The translations under genes and the position numbers were made by a program. DNA of 64,000 nucleotides from Bacillus subtilis subsp. subtilis str. 168 (GTDB taxonomy: Bacteria; Bacillota; Bacilli; Bacillales; Bacillaceae), in contig NC_000964.3 in NCBI RefSeq assembly GCF_000009045.1, positions 4,092,001-4,156,000 on the forward strand, given 5' to 3'. The stretch's first letter is position 1, and each line of letters opens with the position of its first letter. This document shows positions 16,058 through 26,949 of the stretch, in pieces. Under the pieces are notes generated by a model that was given only the letters and a program-made list of their open reading frames with translations, did not search any database and was not told the DNA's origin.

Positions 16058-17128
16058 ATGACAATCGATCATTCAGTCACAAATACAGAGCAGCTTGAAC
16101 AACAGAACCCCGCCATAAAAACAAAGCTCAAACTGAAAAAGCTTAAGGATCAGGTGATCGTCATTACCGGCGCTTCAAGCGGTATCGGACTTGTCACGGC
16201 GAGAATGGCAGCTGAAAAAGGCGCAAAGGTCGTGGCAGCAGCGCGAAATGAAGAGGCGCTGAAGGAGCTCACTGATGAACTTAAGGAAAAAGGGCACGAC
16301 GCCATATGGGTAAAGGCGGATGTCGGAAAAGAAGAGGACGTCAACCGCATCGCAGAAACCGCGATCAGCACATTCGGCCGCTTTGATACATGGGTCAACA
16401 ATGCGGCCGTCTCGACTTTCGGACACGCCATGGACGTCACCGTCGAAGACATGAAGCGCATGTTCGACACAAATTTCTGGGGACCTGTTTACGGAACAAG
16501 AGCGGCTGTCAAACACTACACCGGCAGAGGTGTGCCGGGCGCACTCATTAATGTAGGAAGCCTGTTCGGAGACAGGGGAACGGTCATTCAATCCACATAT
16601 GCATCTGCCAAATTTGCGCTTCACGGCTGGACGGAAAGCATCCGAATGGAGCTTGAAAAGGAACAGGCGCCCGTCTCGGTAACGCTCATCCACCCGGGCA
16701 GAATTGACACACCATATAACGAGCATGCGCACAGCTACCTCGACAAACAGCCGGCTCATTACCGCTCCATGATCTATCCGCCGGAAGCGGTCGCCGAAGC
16801 GATCCTGTTTGCCGCCGAACACCCTAAGCGCGACATGTACATCGGCTCACAGGCCAAAGCCATCGCCATGCTGGGCGCGCTTTTTCCTCGTCTGACCGAC
16901 AGACTGATGGAAAAAATCATGTATCACAGCCAGCATGCCGAAAGACCGTCCAATCCGAGAGAAGAAAGCGCTCTTTATGATGCTGGCTGCGGTATGCATG
17001 ACAGAGGCACAAATAAAGGATGGATGAGGTCAAGAAGCTACTACACAAAAGCGACGAAGCGCCCAATTGTATCGGCGGCTGTTGTTGCCGGACTAGTGGC
17101 TTGGGCTGCCGCCAAACGATGCAGATAA
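16058..17128 (+). CDS. yxnA: Short-chain dehydrogenase/reductase
   Basis: TGASSGIG, NNAA, YASAK. Confidence 0.88.
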   Translation: MTIDHSVTNTEQLEQQNPAIKTKLKLKKLKDQVIVITGASSGIGLVTARMAAEKGAKVVAAARNEEALKELTDELKEKGHDAIWVKADVGKEEDVNRIAETAISTFGRFDTWVNNAAVSTFGHAMDVTVEDMKRMFDTNFWGPVYGTRAAVKHYTGRGVPGALINVGSLFGDRGTVIQSTYASAKFALHGWTESIRMELEKEQAPVSVTLIHPGRIDTPYNEHAHSYLDKQPAHYRSMIYPPEAVAEAILFAAEHPKRDMYIGSQAKAIAMLGALFPRLTDRLMEKIMYHSQHAERPSNPREESALYDAGCGMHDRGTNKGWMRSRSYYTKATKRPIVSAAVVAGLVAWAAAKRCR

Positions 17129-17184
17129 TCTCTGACCATAAGAAAAACCCATGCTGTTCCAGCGAACCATGGGTTTTTCAGCTG

Positions 17185-17616
17185 TTAATCGATAAAAGCC
17201 TTGTTCATACGCTGCAGCAGCTCGCCGAACATCTCTTTTTCCTGTGTTGACCATTCTTTCAGCATCTGTTCATAACGTTCAAGGCGCTTTTGCTGATCGG
17301 CTTTTAATAGTTGTTTGCCGAGTTTTGTAATGGTAAACAGGCTGACTCTCCCATCAGACGGGTCTGAGAAACGATAGATGAGCTCCTTTGCCTCTAATGC
17401 AGCTGCTTGTCTTGAAAGAGTAGAAATATCAAGCTTAAACGATTCAGCCAATTCCTTAACACGAGCAGGCCCAAACTCATCCAATTGTCTCAGTAATAAG
17501 TACGAAGATCTCTCCAAATTCCCTGTTCTTTTCTCCGATTGATCCAGATAAACAGCTCTCCTGATAAAAGTCGTCAGCTCATATTCAATTAATTCAACTG
17601 GATTTTGATTTTGCAA
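17185..17616 (-). CDS. yxaD: MarR-family regulator
   Basis: wHTH (VKELAESFKLDISTLSRQAAALE...DGRVSLFTIT); TTG start after a GGGAG SD. Confidence 0.85.
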   Translation of the reverse strand: MQNQNPVELIEYELTTFIRRAVYLDQSEKRTGNLERSSYLLLRQLDEFGPARVKELAESFKLDISTLSRQAAALEAKELIYRFSDPSDGRVSLFTITKLGKQLLKADQQKRLERYEQMLKEWSTQEKEMFGELLQRMNKAFID

Positions 17617-17842
17617 TCGCTCTCGCTCCCTATTCCAATCTCCGGCATTGACAACATCATATATACTTGTATAATACAAATGTACATTAACTGAATAAAT
17701 ACAAGTCGTTATATGACTAAATCAATTATTATACTTGTATAGTACAATCATATAAAAAGAAAGTAAAGCGATTCCTCAGAACCATCCTAGAAGCAAGCAC
17801 CAGAAAGGAGGAAGCTGTTCTGATTGGAGAGCAGCACTTGAT

Positions 17843-18247
17843 GTGAAAGTCATACGAATTATTTTGCAAGTGTTGATATTATATGTATTTTTTATGATCG
17901 GGGAAGCCATTCAGCATCTGTTTCATTTACCCGTGTCAGGAAGCATCGTTGGATTGGTATTGCTTCTGATCTGCTTGGGCCTCCGTATTGTTCCCGTCTC
18001 CATCATTGAAGACGGAGCAGGGTTTTTATTATCCTTCCTTCCATTGTTGTTCATCCCGGCAATGACAGGAGTGATAAACTATCCGTCTCTCATTTCATTC
18101 AATGGCCTGATGCTGCTGATTACAGTCGTTCTCAGCACCATCGTCACGATCATTGCGGCTGGATTCGCCAGCCAGCTATTAGAGAAAAAAGCAAAAAAAC
18201 GGGAGGAGAAAGAGAAATGCAGCAAGCATGTATCGCGATCATTATAA
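17843..18247 (+). CDS. yxzK: CidA/LrgA holin-like protein
   Basis: LPVSGSIVGLVLL, LPLLFIPAMTGV. Confidence 0.85.
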   Translation: MKVIRIILQVLILYVFFMIGEAIQHLFHLPVSGSIVGLVLLLICLGLRIVPVSIIEDGAGFLLSFLPLLFIPAMTGVINYPSLISFNGLMLLITVVLSTIVTIIAAGFASQLLEKKAKKREEKEKCSKHVSRSL

Positions 18248-18909
18248 TTCTTTTAACAGTTGCCGCTTATTTAGCGATGGTCAAACTCTATAAGCGATTC
18301 CCGCTTCCATTTCTGATCCCTGTTCTGACAACGACAATTTTGATTGTAGCGGCTTTGATGATGTTTCATGTTTCCTATGAAGGCTATATGATCGGGGGGA
18401 AATGGATCAATTCTTTGCTTGGGCCGGCTGTTGTGGCGCTGGCCTATCCGCTTTATAAGCAATGGCATATCATTGTCAAACATTGTGTTCCCATTTTAGG
18501 CGGCGTCCTGGTCGGCTTATGCATGGGAATGATCAGCGGGCTGATCTTCGCAGAAGCATTCGGGATTGATCATGATCTCTTATTATCCATTCTGCCAAAA
18601 TCGATCACAACCCCTGTCGCTATTCAGATCGCCGCCGGTCTTGGCGGCGTCCCTTCCATGACAGTCGTATTTGTCATGATTGCGGGCTTTTCAGGCGTCA
18701 TCCTCGGGCCGCTTTTCCTAAAATGGCTTCGCATACGCAGCTCCCTAGGACAAGGCATTGCATTAGGCAGCGCCTCCCATGCACTGGGTACCTCCAAAGC
18801 GTTGGAATATGGGGAATTGGCCGTATCCATGAGTTCCGTCTCCATGACGCTTTGTGCGGTGCTCGGCTCATTCTTCGGCCCGCTCGTCGTCTGGCTGTTT
18901 CATATTTAA
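18217..18909 (+). CDS. yxaC: CidB/LrgB-family membrane protein
   Basis: LLGPAVVALAYPLY, LPKSITTPVAI, GSASHALGT. Confidence 0.88.
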   Translation: MQQACIAIIIILLTVAAYLAMVKLYKRFPLPFLIPVLTTTILIVAALMMFHVSYEGYMIGGKWINSLLGPAVVALAYPLYKQWHIIVKHCVPILGGVLVGLCMGMISGLIFAEAFGIDHDLLLSILPKSITTPVAIQIAAGLGGVPSMTVVFVMIAGFSGVILGPLFLKWLRIRSSLGQGIALGSASHALGTSKALEYGELAVSMSSVSMTLCAVLGSFFGPLVVWLFHI

Positions 18910-18948
18910 CAAAGAAAGACTGCCCCGGGGGAGGGCAGTCTTTTTCGT

Positions 18949-19980
18949 TTAAGAAGCAAAAAAATCAATCAACGGCTGAAAGTCCTTAGATAAATCAACG
19001 TCATTCGGTTCTGCTTGAAGCAGGCGGTCAATCATACGCTCCAGCTCCTCAACATCATTCTTATCCGTATATTCAATGAAGTTTAAGCTTTCAAGCCAAT
19101 CCCGATATGAATGTTTGGCTTTGCCATAGCTGTTTCCAAAGACAAGGCAAGGTGTTTTGGTGATAATCGAGAAAATCATCGCGTGAAGGCGGTCGGTAAT
19201 CACCAATTTACTGGAGCCGATGCGGTCCAGCATCTCCATAAAATGCTTTTCACGATCAGCGTAATCGATGGTGTCTACCGTATCCAGCACCGTATCGGTA
19301 CGCTCTGTGTAAGTTGTTTTTTCTGCCCATTGCTTCATCTGTGAAATAAAATCTTCGTCAGTCACTTTCTCCTTATCCGCTCTTAAAATAAAGAGAACGC
19401 CGTCCCGCTCGAGCTCTCGCGGCACAATATCCAAGGAAAGCACCATGTCCGGTGTAAAGATCACATTGGAGTTGAAGGTCTCTTTCACAACATCCAGTGT
19501 TTGCGTCTCACGCGCAGCAATCGTTAAGTTTGTATTTTGATGGTACGCATCCTGTGTTTTTTTCTTTTCCTTCTGTCCTTCCTCTGTATCCTCAAAATAA
19601 ACGGATTGTGGCAGAGAAATTGATTTGTAGTCTTTAAACGCCGAAAAGACCTTTCTTCTGTCTTCCTCAATATCGAGATAAAGGTTTCCTAAATTCCCTC
19701 CGCCTGTAAAGCAGACAATATCGTCTTCACGAATGATCTCCTTCACCAGTTCAATGCCCTCATCCGTCGCATAATCCATAATCTCAATGTATTCATAATA
19801 CGGAAAATGATTTTTGATAAATTTCTCTTCCGCATACGCAATCGCTTGGTCGCCAATGTTTGTGTAGCTAGGGGAACCAAACAAAAATACTTTTCGTTTA
19901 TCATTTAACAGAGCTTCCGGCTCCACATTTGGCGCAATGCCTTTTACTAGTTTTTTGCCTTTGATTTCTTGTACAGTCAT
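18949..19980 (-). CDS. yxaB: Polysaccharide pyruvyl transferase family protein
   Basis: NIGDQAI, GGGNLGNLY, ITDRLHAMI. Confidence 0.87.
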   Translation of the reverse strand: MTVQEIKGKKLVKGIAPNVEPEALLNDKRKVFLFGSPSYTNIGDQAIAYAEEKFIKNHFPYYEYIEIMDYATDEGIELVKEIIREDDIVCFTGGGNLGNLYLDIEEDRRKVFSAFKDYKSISLPQSVYFEDTEEGQKEKKKTQDAYHQNTNLTIAARETQTLDVVKETFNSNVIFTPDMVLSLDIVPRELERDGVLFILRADKEKVTDEDFISQMKQWAEKTTYTERTDTVLDTVDTIDYADREKHFMEMLDRIGSSKLVITDRLHAMIFSIITKTPCLVFGNSYGKAKHSYRDWLESLNFIEYTDKNDVEELERMIDRLLQAEPNDVDLSKDFQPLIDFFAS

Positions 19981-20072
19981 ATCTGCGTCCTCCTTCTGGG
20001 ATGAATTCCTCATTGTGTGTTAACTGTCTCTACCCAAAAAGAAGGATGGCTATGCATTGGCATGTGCATCGG

Positions 20073-21221
20073 CTATATCAGAAACATCGTTTTCGCCAAT
20101 TTGATAGACGCTGCAATGTCCCGCGCCGTTCTTTCCATATATTCCGCGGCATGTTCAAACGCGTCTTCTAGTGGCACGGCTCCGGGGACGATGCTGAAAA
20201 GCGCATCGATTCCGTGTTGATAGACGGCATTACTGTCTCGGGAAATTGATCCCGCAATGCCGATAACGGGCACATCGTATGATTTAGCGGCCTTGGCCAC
20301 CCCGATCGGTGTTTTTCCATGAACCGTTTGGCTGTCGATTCGTCCCTCGCCGGTAATCACAAGGTCTGCATCCTGAACGATACTTTCAAAATCAACCGCT
20401 TCAAGGACAATATCAATGCCTCTTTTCAGGTCAGCCTGAAGATAAGTTAGCAGGCTCCATCCAAGACCGCCCGCTGCACCGGCGCCCTCTGTATCTCGGA
20501 AGGTTGATCCGAGCGCTTTTTCTGCCATATCAGCGAAATGGCTTACGTTCTGGTCTAGTACATCCAACATGTCGGCCGTCGCGCCTTTTTGCGGCCCGAA
20601 AACAGCCGTAGCACCCTTTGGTCCTGTTAACGGATTGTCCACGTCACAGGCAACTTCCAGTTTGACATTCCGCAATCTGGAATCAAGCCCGCTCACATCT
20701 ATTGATGCAAGCTGAGATAACGCGCCGCCCCCTGGGCCAATCTCGCTGCCTGAGTTATCAAGAAGCCTTCCGCCCAATGCCTGAATCATCCCGGCTCCCC
20801 CGTCGTTCGTGGCGCTTCCGCCGATTCCGATGATCAATCGCTCCGCTCCCGCATCAAGAGCTGCTCCGATTAATTCTCCCGTTCCCCTTGTTGTAGTGAT
20901 GAGCGGATTTCGCTTATCTACAGGCACCAGATGCAGCCCTGAAGCAGCAGCCATTTCAATCACAGCTGTTCTCCCATCTCCCATCATGCCAAAGAAAGCT
21001 CTCACCGGTTCCCCCAGCGGCCCTGTGACAACTTGCTCTATGATCCTTCCATTGGTCGCATCGACCAGAGATTGAACGGTTCCCTCGCCGCCATCCGCCA
21101 CCGGCAATTTTCTGTAATCAGCACCCGGAAAGACCGATTTGAAACCTCTTTCTATCGCTTCGGCTGCCTCCAGAGCTGATAAGCTTTCCTTAAAAGAATC
21201 AGGTGCAATGATGATTTTCAT
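20073..21221 (-). CDS. glxK: Glycerate kinase
   Basis: APDSFKESL, ADGGEGT, GGSATNDGG, GAGAAGGLG, TGEGRID. Confidence 0.93.
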   Translation of the reverse strand: MKIIIAPDSFKESLSALEAAEAIERGFKSVFPGADYRKLPVADGGEGTVQSLVDATNGRIIEQVVTGPLGEPVRAFFGMMGDGRTAVIEMAAASGLHLVPVDKRNPLITTTRGTGELIGAALDAGAERLIIGIGGSATNDGGAGMIQALGGRLLDNSGSEIGPGGGALSQLASIDVSGLDSRLRNVKLEVACDVDNPLTGPKGATAVFGPQKGATADMLDVLDQNVSHFADMAEKALGSTFRDTEGAGAAGGLGWSLLTYLQADLKRGIDIVLEAVDFESIVQDADLVITGEGRIDSQTVHGKTPIGVAKAAKSYDVPVIGIAGSISRDSNAVYQHGIDALFSIVPGAVPLEDAFEHAAEYMERTARDIAASIKLAKTMFLI

Positions 21222-21336
21222 CCAAATCGCCTCTTTCAAAACATGATTCACTTAACCTATTGATCTCCAATGTACCATAATTGATCTGGAAATACATACC
21301 ATGCAATATGGTAAAAATTTAAATAAAAATTAGAAA

Positions 21337-21390
21337 TGAAAGTGTTTGCATAAAAGAAATATTCACGTTATCATACTTGTATACAAGTAT
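21337..21390 (+). promoter_or_regulatory. gnt promoter with upstream cre site and GntR operator
   Basis: cre-like TGAAAGTGTTTGCA at 21337-21350; -35 TTGCAT (21346), 17-bp spacer, -10 TATCAT (21369); perfect palindrome ATACTTGTATACAAGTAT at 21373-21390. Confidence 0.85.
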
Positions 21391-21416
21391 ACTCCTTGAG
21401 TGAGGAAGGTGAGTGT

Positions 21417-22148
21417 ATGCTAGACTCCAAAGACCTGTTGTATCCCGCAAAATGGCTCTCAAAAGCGTCAACCGGAGTTCGTGTCGCATACGAGCTGAGA
21501 ATGCGGATCGTTTCAGGTCTGATTGAAAGCGGTACCATTTTATCAGAAAATACAATCGCCGCCGAGTTTTCAGTAAGCCGTTCGCCGGTTCGCGAAGCGC
21601 TAAAAATACTCGCATCCGAAAAAATCATCCGCTTAGAACGAATGGGAGCGGTCGTAATTGGTTTAACTGAGAAGAAAATCGCGGAAATTTATGATGTGCG
21701 GTTACTATTAGAAACATTTGTCTTTGAACGGCTTGTCAAAATAGACATTGAGCCTTTAGTTAAGGATCTCAGCAAAATTCTTGAAATGATGAAAGTCTCA
21801 ATCAAATATGAGGATGCTGACGAATTTTCATTTCAAGATGTGCTGTTCCATGAAACGATTATCCGAGCGATTGATCATTCATACATTCAGATGATCTGGA
21901 ACAATCTAAAACCCGTCATGGAAAGCTTTATTCTTTTATCGATGCGGGTACGGTTAAAGGAAAAGTATGAAGACTTCACAAGGATTTTAGATAACCACGA
22001 GCTTTATATTCAAGCCATCAAAACAAAGGATAGGGCGCTGATGATTCAGTCTCTTCACCAAAACTTTGATGATGTGCAGGATAAGGTAGAAGACCTATGG
22101 CTCTCACAACAAATGCTGGCAAAAGGAGCTGAATACAACAATGACTAG
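21417..22148 (+). CDS. gntR: Gluconate operon repressor
   Basis: GntR HTH (SENTIAAEFSVSRSPVREAL) plus FCD domain. Confidence 0.93.
   Translation: MLDSKDLLYPAKWLSKASTGVRVAYELRMRIVSGLIESGTILSENTIAAEFSVSRSPVREALKILASEKIIRLERMGAVVIGLTEKKIAEIYDVRLLLETFVFERLVKIDIEPLVKDLSKILEMMKVSIKYEDADEFSFQDVLFHETIIRAIDHSYIQMIWNNLKPVMESFILLSMRVRLKEKYEDFTRILDNHELYIQAIKTKDRALMIQSLHQNFDDVQDKVEDLWLSQQMLAKGAEYNND
21524..21537 (+). promoter_or_regulatory. cre (CcpA) site inside gntR
   Basis: TGAAAGCGGTACCA. Confidence 0.75.
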
Positions 22149-23682
22149 TTATATGTTAGGAATCGATATCGGCACGACAAGCACAAAAGCTGTGCTGTTC
22201 AGTGAAAACGGAGATGTGGTACAGAAAGAAAGCATCGGCTACCCGCTCTATACACCGGACATCTCAACAGCTGAACAAAATCCGGAAGAGATTTTTCAGG
22301 CAGTCATCCATACAACAGCGAGAATTACAAAACAGCATCCCGAAAAACGGATCTCTTTCATTTCGTTCAGCAGCGCCATGCACAGCGTCATTGCAATCGA
22401 CGAAAATGACAAGCCGCTGACGCCATGCATTACATGGGCCGACAACAGAAGTGAAGGCTGGGCGCATAAGATCAAAGAGGAATTGAACGGACATGAGGTG
22501 TACAAACGGACGGGAACACCGATTCATCCGATGGCACCGTTAAGTAAAATTGCCTGGATCACGAATGAAAGAAAAGAAATCGCTTCCAAGGCAAAAAAAT
22601 ATATCGGCATCAAAGAATACATTTTTAAACAGCTGTTCAATGAGTATGTCATCGATTACTCATTGGCATCAGCGACAGGCATGATGAACCTGAAGGGCTT
22701 GGATTGGGACGAAGAGGCACTGCGCATCGCAGGCATCACGCCGGATCACTTATCCAAACTCGTGCCGACAACCGAGATCTTTCAGCACTGCAGCCCGGAA
22801 ATAGCGATCCAAATGGGAATCGATCCGGAAACGCCTTTTGTCATCGGCGCCAGCGACGGCGTGCTGTCCAACCTCGGCGTCAACGCCATTAAAAAGGGTG
22901 AAATCGCCGTCACCATCGGTACAAGCGGTGCCATTCGGACGATTATTGACAAGCCGCAAACCGATGAAAAAGGGAGAATTTTTTGCTATGCCTTGACGGA
23001 CAAGCATTGGGTTATTGGGGGACCTGTGAACAATGGGGGCATCGTCCTTCGCTGGATCAGAGACGAGTTTGCCTCCTCCGAAATCGAAACAGCGACACGG
23101 CTGGGCATTGATCCATATGACGTGCTGACGAAAATTGCCCAACGCGTCAGACCCGGTTCTGACGGTCTGCTGTTCCACCCATATCTCGCCGGAGAACGCG
23201 CTCCGTTGTGGAATCCGGATGTACGCGGCTCATTTTTCGGCTTGACCATGTCGCATAAGAAAGAGCATATGATACGCGCGGCATTGGAAGGCGTCATTTA
23301 CAACCTGTACACGGTGTTCTTGGCGTTAACTGAATGCATGGATGGCCCGGTAACCCGCATCCAAGCGACAGGGGGTTTTGCAAGGTCGGAGGTTTGGCGC
23401 CAAATGATGTCGGATATCTTCGAATCAGAGGTTGTCGTTCCGGAAAGCTACGAAAGCTCATGTCTCGGCGCCTGCATTTTAGGCCTGTATGCAACAGGAA
23501 AAATCGATTCTTTCGACGCCGTGTCCGATATGATCGGCAGCACATACAGACATACGCCGATCGAAGACTCAGCCAAGGAATACAGAACATTAATGCCGAT
23601 TTTCATCAATCTATCAAGATTATTAGAAAATCAATATACACAAATTGCAGATTATCAGAGGGGCTTAATCACACACAAATAG
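22141..23682 (+). CDS. gntK: Gluconate kinase (FGGY family)
   Basis: GIDIGTTSTK, TWADNRS, GASDGVLSNLG, TIGTSGA. Confidence 0.94.
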   Translation: MTSYMLGIDIGTTSTKAVLFSENGDVVQKESIGYPLYTPDISTAEQNPEEIFQAVIHTTARITKQHPEKRISFISFSSAMHSVIAIDENDKPLTPCITWADNRSEGWAHKIKEELNGHEVYKRTGTPIHPMAPLSKIAWITNERKEIASKAKKYIGIKEYIFKQLFNEYVIDYSLASATGMMNLKGLDWDEEALRIAGITPDHLSKLVPTTEIFQHCSPEIAIQMGIDPETPFVIGASDGVLSNLGVNAIKKGEIAVTIGTSGAIRTIIDKPQTDEKGRIFCYALTDKHWVIGGPVNNGGIVLRWIRDEFASSEIETATRLGIDPYDVLTKIAQRVRPGSDGLLFHPYLAGERAPLWNPDVRGSFFGLTMSHKKEHMIRAALEGVIYNLYTVFLALTECMDGPVTRIQATGGFARSEVWRQMMSDIFESEVVVPESYESSCLGACILGLYATGKIDSFDAVSDMIGSTYRHTPIEDSAKEYRTLMPIFINLSRLLENQYTQIADYQRGLITHK

Positions 23683-23710
23683 TACATGACATGAAGGGGA
23701 GGGCATTACC

Positions 23711-25057
23711 ATGCCGTTAATCATCGTTGCACTTGGGATCTTAGCATTACTATTTCTGATTATGGGCTTAAAATTAAACACATTTATTTCCCTGCTGGTC
23801 GTATCGTTCGGCGTGGCACTGGCACTCGGGATGCCGTTCGATAAAGTTGTCAGCTCCATCGAAGCAGGAATAGGGGGGACTCTTGGCCACATCGCGCTCA
23901 TCTTCGGACTCGGTGCGATGCTGGGCAAACTGATCGCGGATTCAGGAGGCGCACAGCGCATTGCGATGACGCTCGTCAACAAATTCGGTGAGAAAAATAT
24001 TCAATGGGCCGTTGTCATTGCCTCATTCATTATTGGGATTGCGTTATTTTTTGAAGTAGGACTGGTTCTATTAATTCCGATTGTCTTTGCGATTTCAAGA
24101 GAATTGAAGATTTCTATTTTATTTCTCGGAATCCCGATGGTCGCGGCACTATCCGTCACACACGGTTTCCTGCCGCCGCACCCGGGACCTACGGCGATCG
24201 CCGGTGAGTATGGCGCAAACATTGGAGAAGTGCTGCTGTACGGCTTTATCGTTGCTGTTCCGACAGTGCTCATTGCAGGGCCGTTATTTACAAAGTTCGC
24301 GAAAAAAATCGTTCCTGCATCATTTGCGAAAAACGGCAATATTGCATCACTCGGCACACAAAAAACATTTAACCTTGAAGAAACACCCGGCTTTGGAATC
24401 AGTGTCTTTACTGCAATGCTCCCGATTATCATCATGTCGGTCGCGACCATTATCGACCTGCTTCAAGAAACAATCGGGTTTGCAGATAACGGAGTTTTAG
24501 CTTTTATCAGATTGATTGGAAACGCATCGACTGCTATGATTATTTCGTTATTGGTCGCAGTCTATACAATGGGCATCAAGCGCAACATTCCAGTCAAAAC
24601 CGTGATGGATTCTTGTTCAACTGCCATTTCACAAATCGGCATGATGCTTTTGATCATCGGAGGAGGCGGCGCCTTCAAACAAGTGCTGATCAACGGCGGT
24701 GTCGGCGATTACGTAGCAGACTTATTCAAAGGAACGGCATTATCGCCAATCATTCTGGCATGGCTCATCGCAGCGATCCTGCGCATTTCTCTAGGATCGG
24801 CGACTGTTGCCGCACTAAGCACAACAGGTCTGGTCATTCCGTTATTGGGCCATTCTGATGTTAACCTGGCGTTAGTCGTACTCGCAACAGGAGCCGGAAG
24901 TGTCATCGCTTCACACGTCAATGACGCCGGCTTCTGGATGTTCAAGGAATACTTCGGATTAAGCATGAAAGAAACATTCGCCACATGGACATTGCTGGAA
25001 ACCATTATTTCCGTTGCTGGACTGGGATTCATTTTATTGTTAAGTTTAGTTGTATGA
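23711..25057 (+). CDS. gntP: Gluconate permease
   Basis: GntP motifs LPPHPGP and SHVNDAGFW. Confidence 0.94.
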   Translation: MPLIIVALGILALLFLIMGLKLNTFISLLVVSFGVALALGMPFDKVVSSIEAGIGGTLGHIALIFGLGAMLGKLIADSGGAQRIAMTLVNKFGEKNIQWAVVIASFIIGIALFFEVGLVLLIPIVFAISRELKISILFLGIPMVAALSVTHGFLPPHPGPTAIAGEYGANIGEVLLYGFIVAVPTVLIAGPLFTKFAKKIVPASFAKNGNIASLGTQKTFNLEETPGFGISVFTAMLPIIIMSVATIIDLLQETIGFADNGVLAFIRLIGNASTAMIISLLVAVYTMGIKRNIPVKTVMDSCSTAISQIGMMLLIIGGGGAFKQVLINGGVGDYVADLFKGTALSPIILAWLIAAILRISLGSATVAALSTTGLVIPLLGHSDVNLALVVLATGAGSVIASHVNDAGFWMFKEYFGLSMKETFATWTLLETIISVAGLGFILLLSLVV

Positions 25058-25079
25058 AATTAAGAAGGAGCTGTAACAC

Positions 25080-26486
25080 ATGTTCAATTCGATTGGTGTC
25101 ATAGGCTTAGGCGTAATGGGAAGCAACATCGCCTTAAACATGGCAAATAAAGGCGAAAACGTCGCTGTCTATAATTACACCAGAGATTTAACGGACCAGC
25201 TTATCCAAAAGCTGGATGGACAATCTCTCAGCCCGTATTACGAGCTTGAGGACTTTGTTCAATCGTTAGAAAAACCAAGAAAAATCTTTTTGATGGTCAC
25301 AGCGGGAAAACCCGTAGATTCCGTCATCCAATCATTAAAGCCTTTGCTTGAAGAAGGCGACGTCATCATGGACGGAGGAAACTCCCACTATGAAGACACA
25401 GAAAGAAGATATGACGAGCTGAAGGAAAAAGGGATCGGCTACCTGGGAGTCGGCATTTCCGGCGGTGAAGTCGGTGCGTTAACAGGGCCTTCCATCATGC
25501 CGGGCGGAGATCGCGACGTCTATGAGAAAGCCGCTCCTATCCTGACGAAAATCGCAGCCCAAGTCGGAGATGACCCTTGCTGTGTCTATATCGGACCAAA
25601 AGGGGCAGGGCACTTTACAAAAATGGTGCACAACGGCATTGAATATGCCGACATGCAGCTGATTGCAGAAGCTTATACGTTTCTAAGAGAAACGCTTCGT
25701 CTGCCGCTAGATGAAATTGCATCTATTTTTGAAACATGGAATCAAGGTGAGCTGAAAAGCTATTTAATAGAGATTACAGCTGAGATTTTACGCAAAAAAG
25801 ACGAAAAAACAGGACAGCCTCTGATCGATGTCATCCTTGATAAAACCGGCCAAAAAGGCACCGGAAAATGGACGAGCATGCAGGCGATTGATAACGGCAT
25901 CCCGTCCACGATCATCACAGAGTCCTTGTTCGCCCGCTACTTGTCATCTTTAAAAGAAGAACGGATGGCAGCTCAAGATGTATTAGCAGGCCCGGAAGCC
26001 GAAGAAAAACACTTGGATAAAGACACTTGGATTGAATACGTCAGACAGGCTCTTTACATGGGGAAAGTATGCGCCTATGCACAAGGCTTTGCCCAATATA
26101 AGATGTCATCTGAGCTTTACGGCTGGAATCTGCCGCTCAAAGACATCGCCTTGATTTTCCGAGGCGGCTGCATCATCCGCGCTGATTTCCTAAACGTGAT
26201 CAGCGAAGCATTCAGTGAGCAGCCAAATCTGGCTAACCTGCTGATCGCGCCTTATTTCACAGATAAGCTCCATGCCTATCAAACAGGCCTGCGAAAAGTC
26301 GTTTGCGAGGGTATCAGCACCGGAATCTCTTTCCCATGCTTAACTACCGCGCTCTCTTATTACGACGGCTACCGCACAGGGCGTTCCAATGCGAACCTCT
26401 TGCAGGCACAGCGCGATTACTTTGGCGCTCACACGTACGAACGGACTGATATGGACGGCGTCTTCCATACGAATTGGTCTGAATAA
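25080..26486 (+). CDS. gntZ: 6-phosphogluconate dehydrogenase
   Basis: GLGVMG, SGGEVGA, KMVHNGIEYADMQLIAE, QAQRDYFGAH. Confidence 0.94.
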   Translation: MFNSIGVIGLGVMGSNIALNMANKGENVAVYNYTRDLTDQLIQKLDGQSLSPYYELEDFVQSLEKPRKIFLMVTAGKPVDSVIQSLKPLLEEGDVIMDGGNSHYEDTERRYDELKEKGIGYLGVGISGGEVGALTGPSIMPGGDRDVYEKAAPILTKIAAQVGDDPCCVYIGPKGAGHFTKMVHNGIEYADMQLIAEAYTFLRETLRLPLDEIASIFETWNQGELKSYLIEITAEILRKKDEKTGQPLIDVILDKTGQKGTGKWTSMQAIDNGIPSTIITESLFARYLSSLKEERMAAQDVLAGPEAEEKHLDKDTWIEYVRQALYMGKVCAYAQGFAQYKMSSELYGWNLPLKDIALIFRGGCIIRADFLNVISEAFSEQPNLANLLIAPYFTDKLHAYQTGLRKVVCEGISTGISFPCLTTALSYYDGYRTGRSNANLLQAQRDYFGAHTYERTDMDGVFHTNWSE

Positions 26487-26494
26487 CCTGTATT

Positions 26495-26531
26495 AAAAAC
26501 ACGGTCAGTTTCAACTGAACCGTGTTTTTTT
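26495..26531 (+). terminator. gnt operon terminator
   Basis: AAAAACACGGTCAGTT...AACTGAACCGTGTTTTTT. Confidence 0.8.
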
Positions 26532-26850
26532 CTTCTATCCCAAACAACAGAAGACATAAGTTATGTTTTAAATATCATAAACAGTGATACAATAATAGCT
26601 AGAAACAATCCCCAAGATCATCATGTGACAGCAGATTGCTGTTCCGTTCTATTCTGCTTTTGGCCATTGTCCTTTGCCCTTGACCATGGTGTCATAAAAT
26701 GTTCAAATGCCAAAACGGCCTGGCATTCTGATTTACAAAAGTCCCTGAAAACCTTATCTAATTGAGAATCAGCCTCTCATTTATTATAAAAGAAATGCCT
26801 AAATCCTACCTGTCACACCTTTATTAAGATGAAAAAAAGTAGGTTATGGC

Positions 26851-26904
26851 TTGACAAAAAATATATATTAATTAATAATTCATATATAATTAGAATTATT
26901 ATTG
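26851..26904 (+). promoter_or_regulatory. ahpC promoter and PerR box
   Basis: TTGACA at 26851-26856, 17-bp spacer, AATAAT; PerR-like TTAGAATTATTATTG at 26890-26904. Confidence 0.65.
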
Positions 26905-26949
26905 AAAGCGATTATGCTTTCTAATACATTTTTAGGAGGAATATACATT

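Noticed and set aside
16175-16822. 215-aa antisense ORF over yxnA (likewise 36560-37045, 55850-56386, 59670-60167 and similar)
   Set aside because: These are shadows of well-supported genes on the opposite strand or frame, with no SD or domain signal.
26540-26850. Possible small ORF or sRNA in the gntZ-ahpC intergenic region
   Set aside because: Only ORFs of 24 codons or fewer without an SD, and no convincing structure; cannot be supported from sequence alone.
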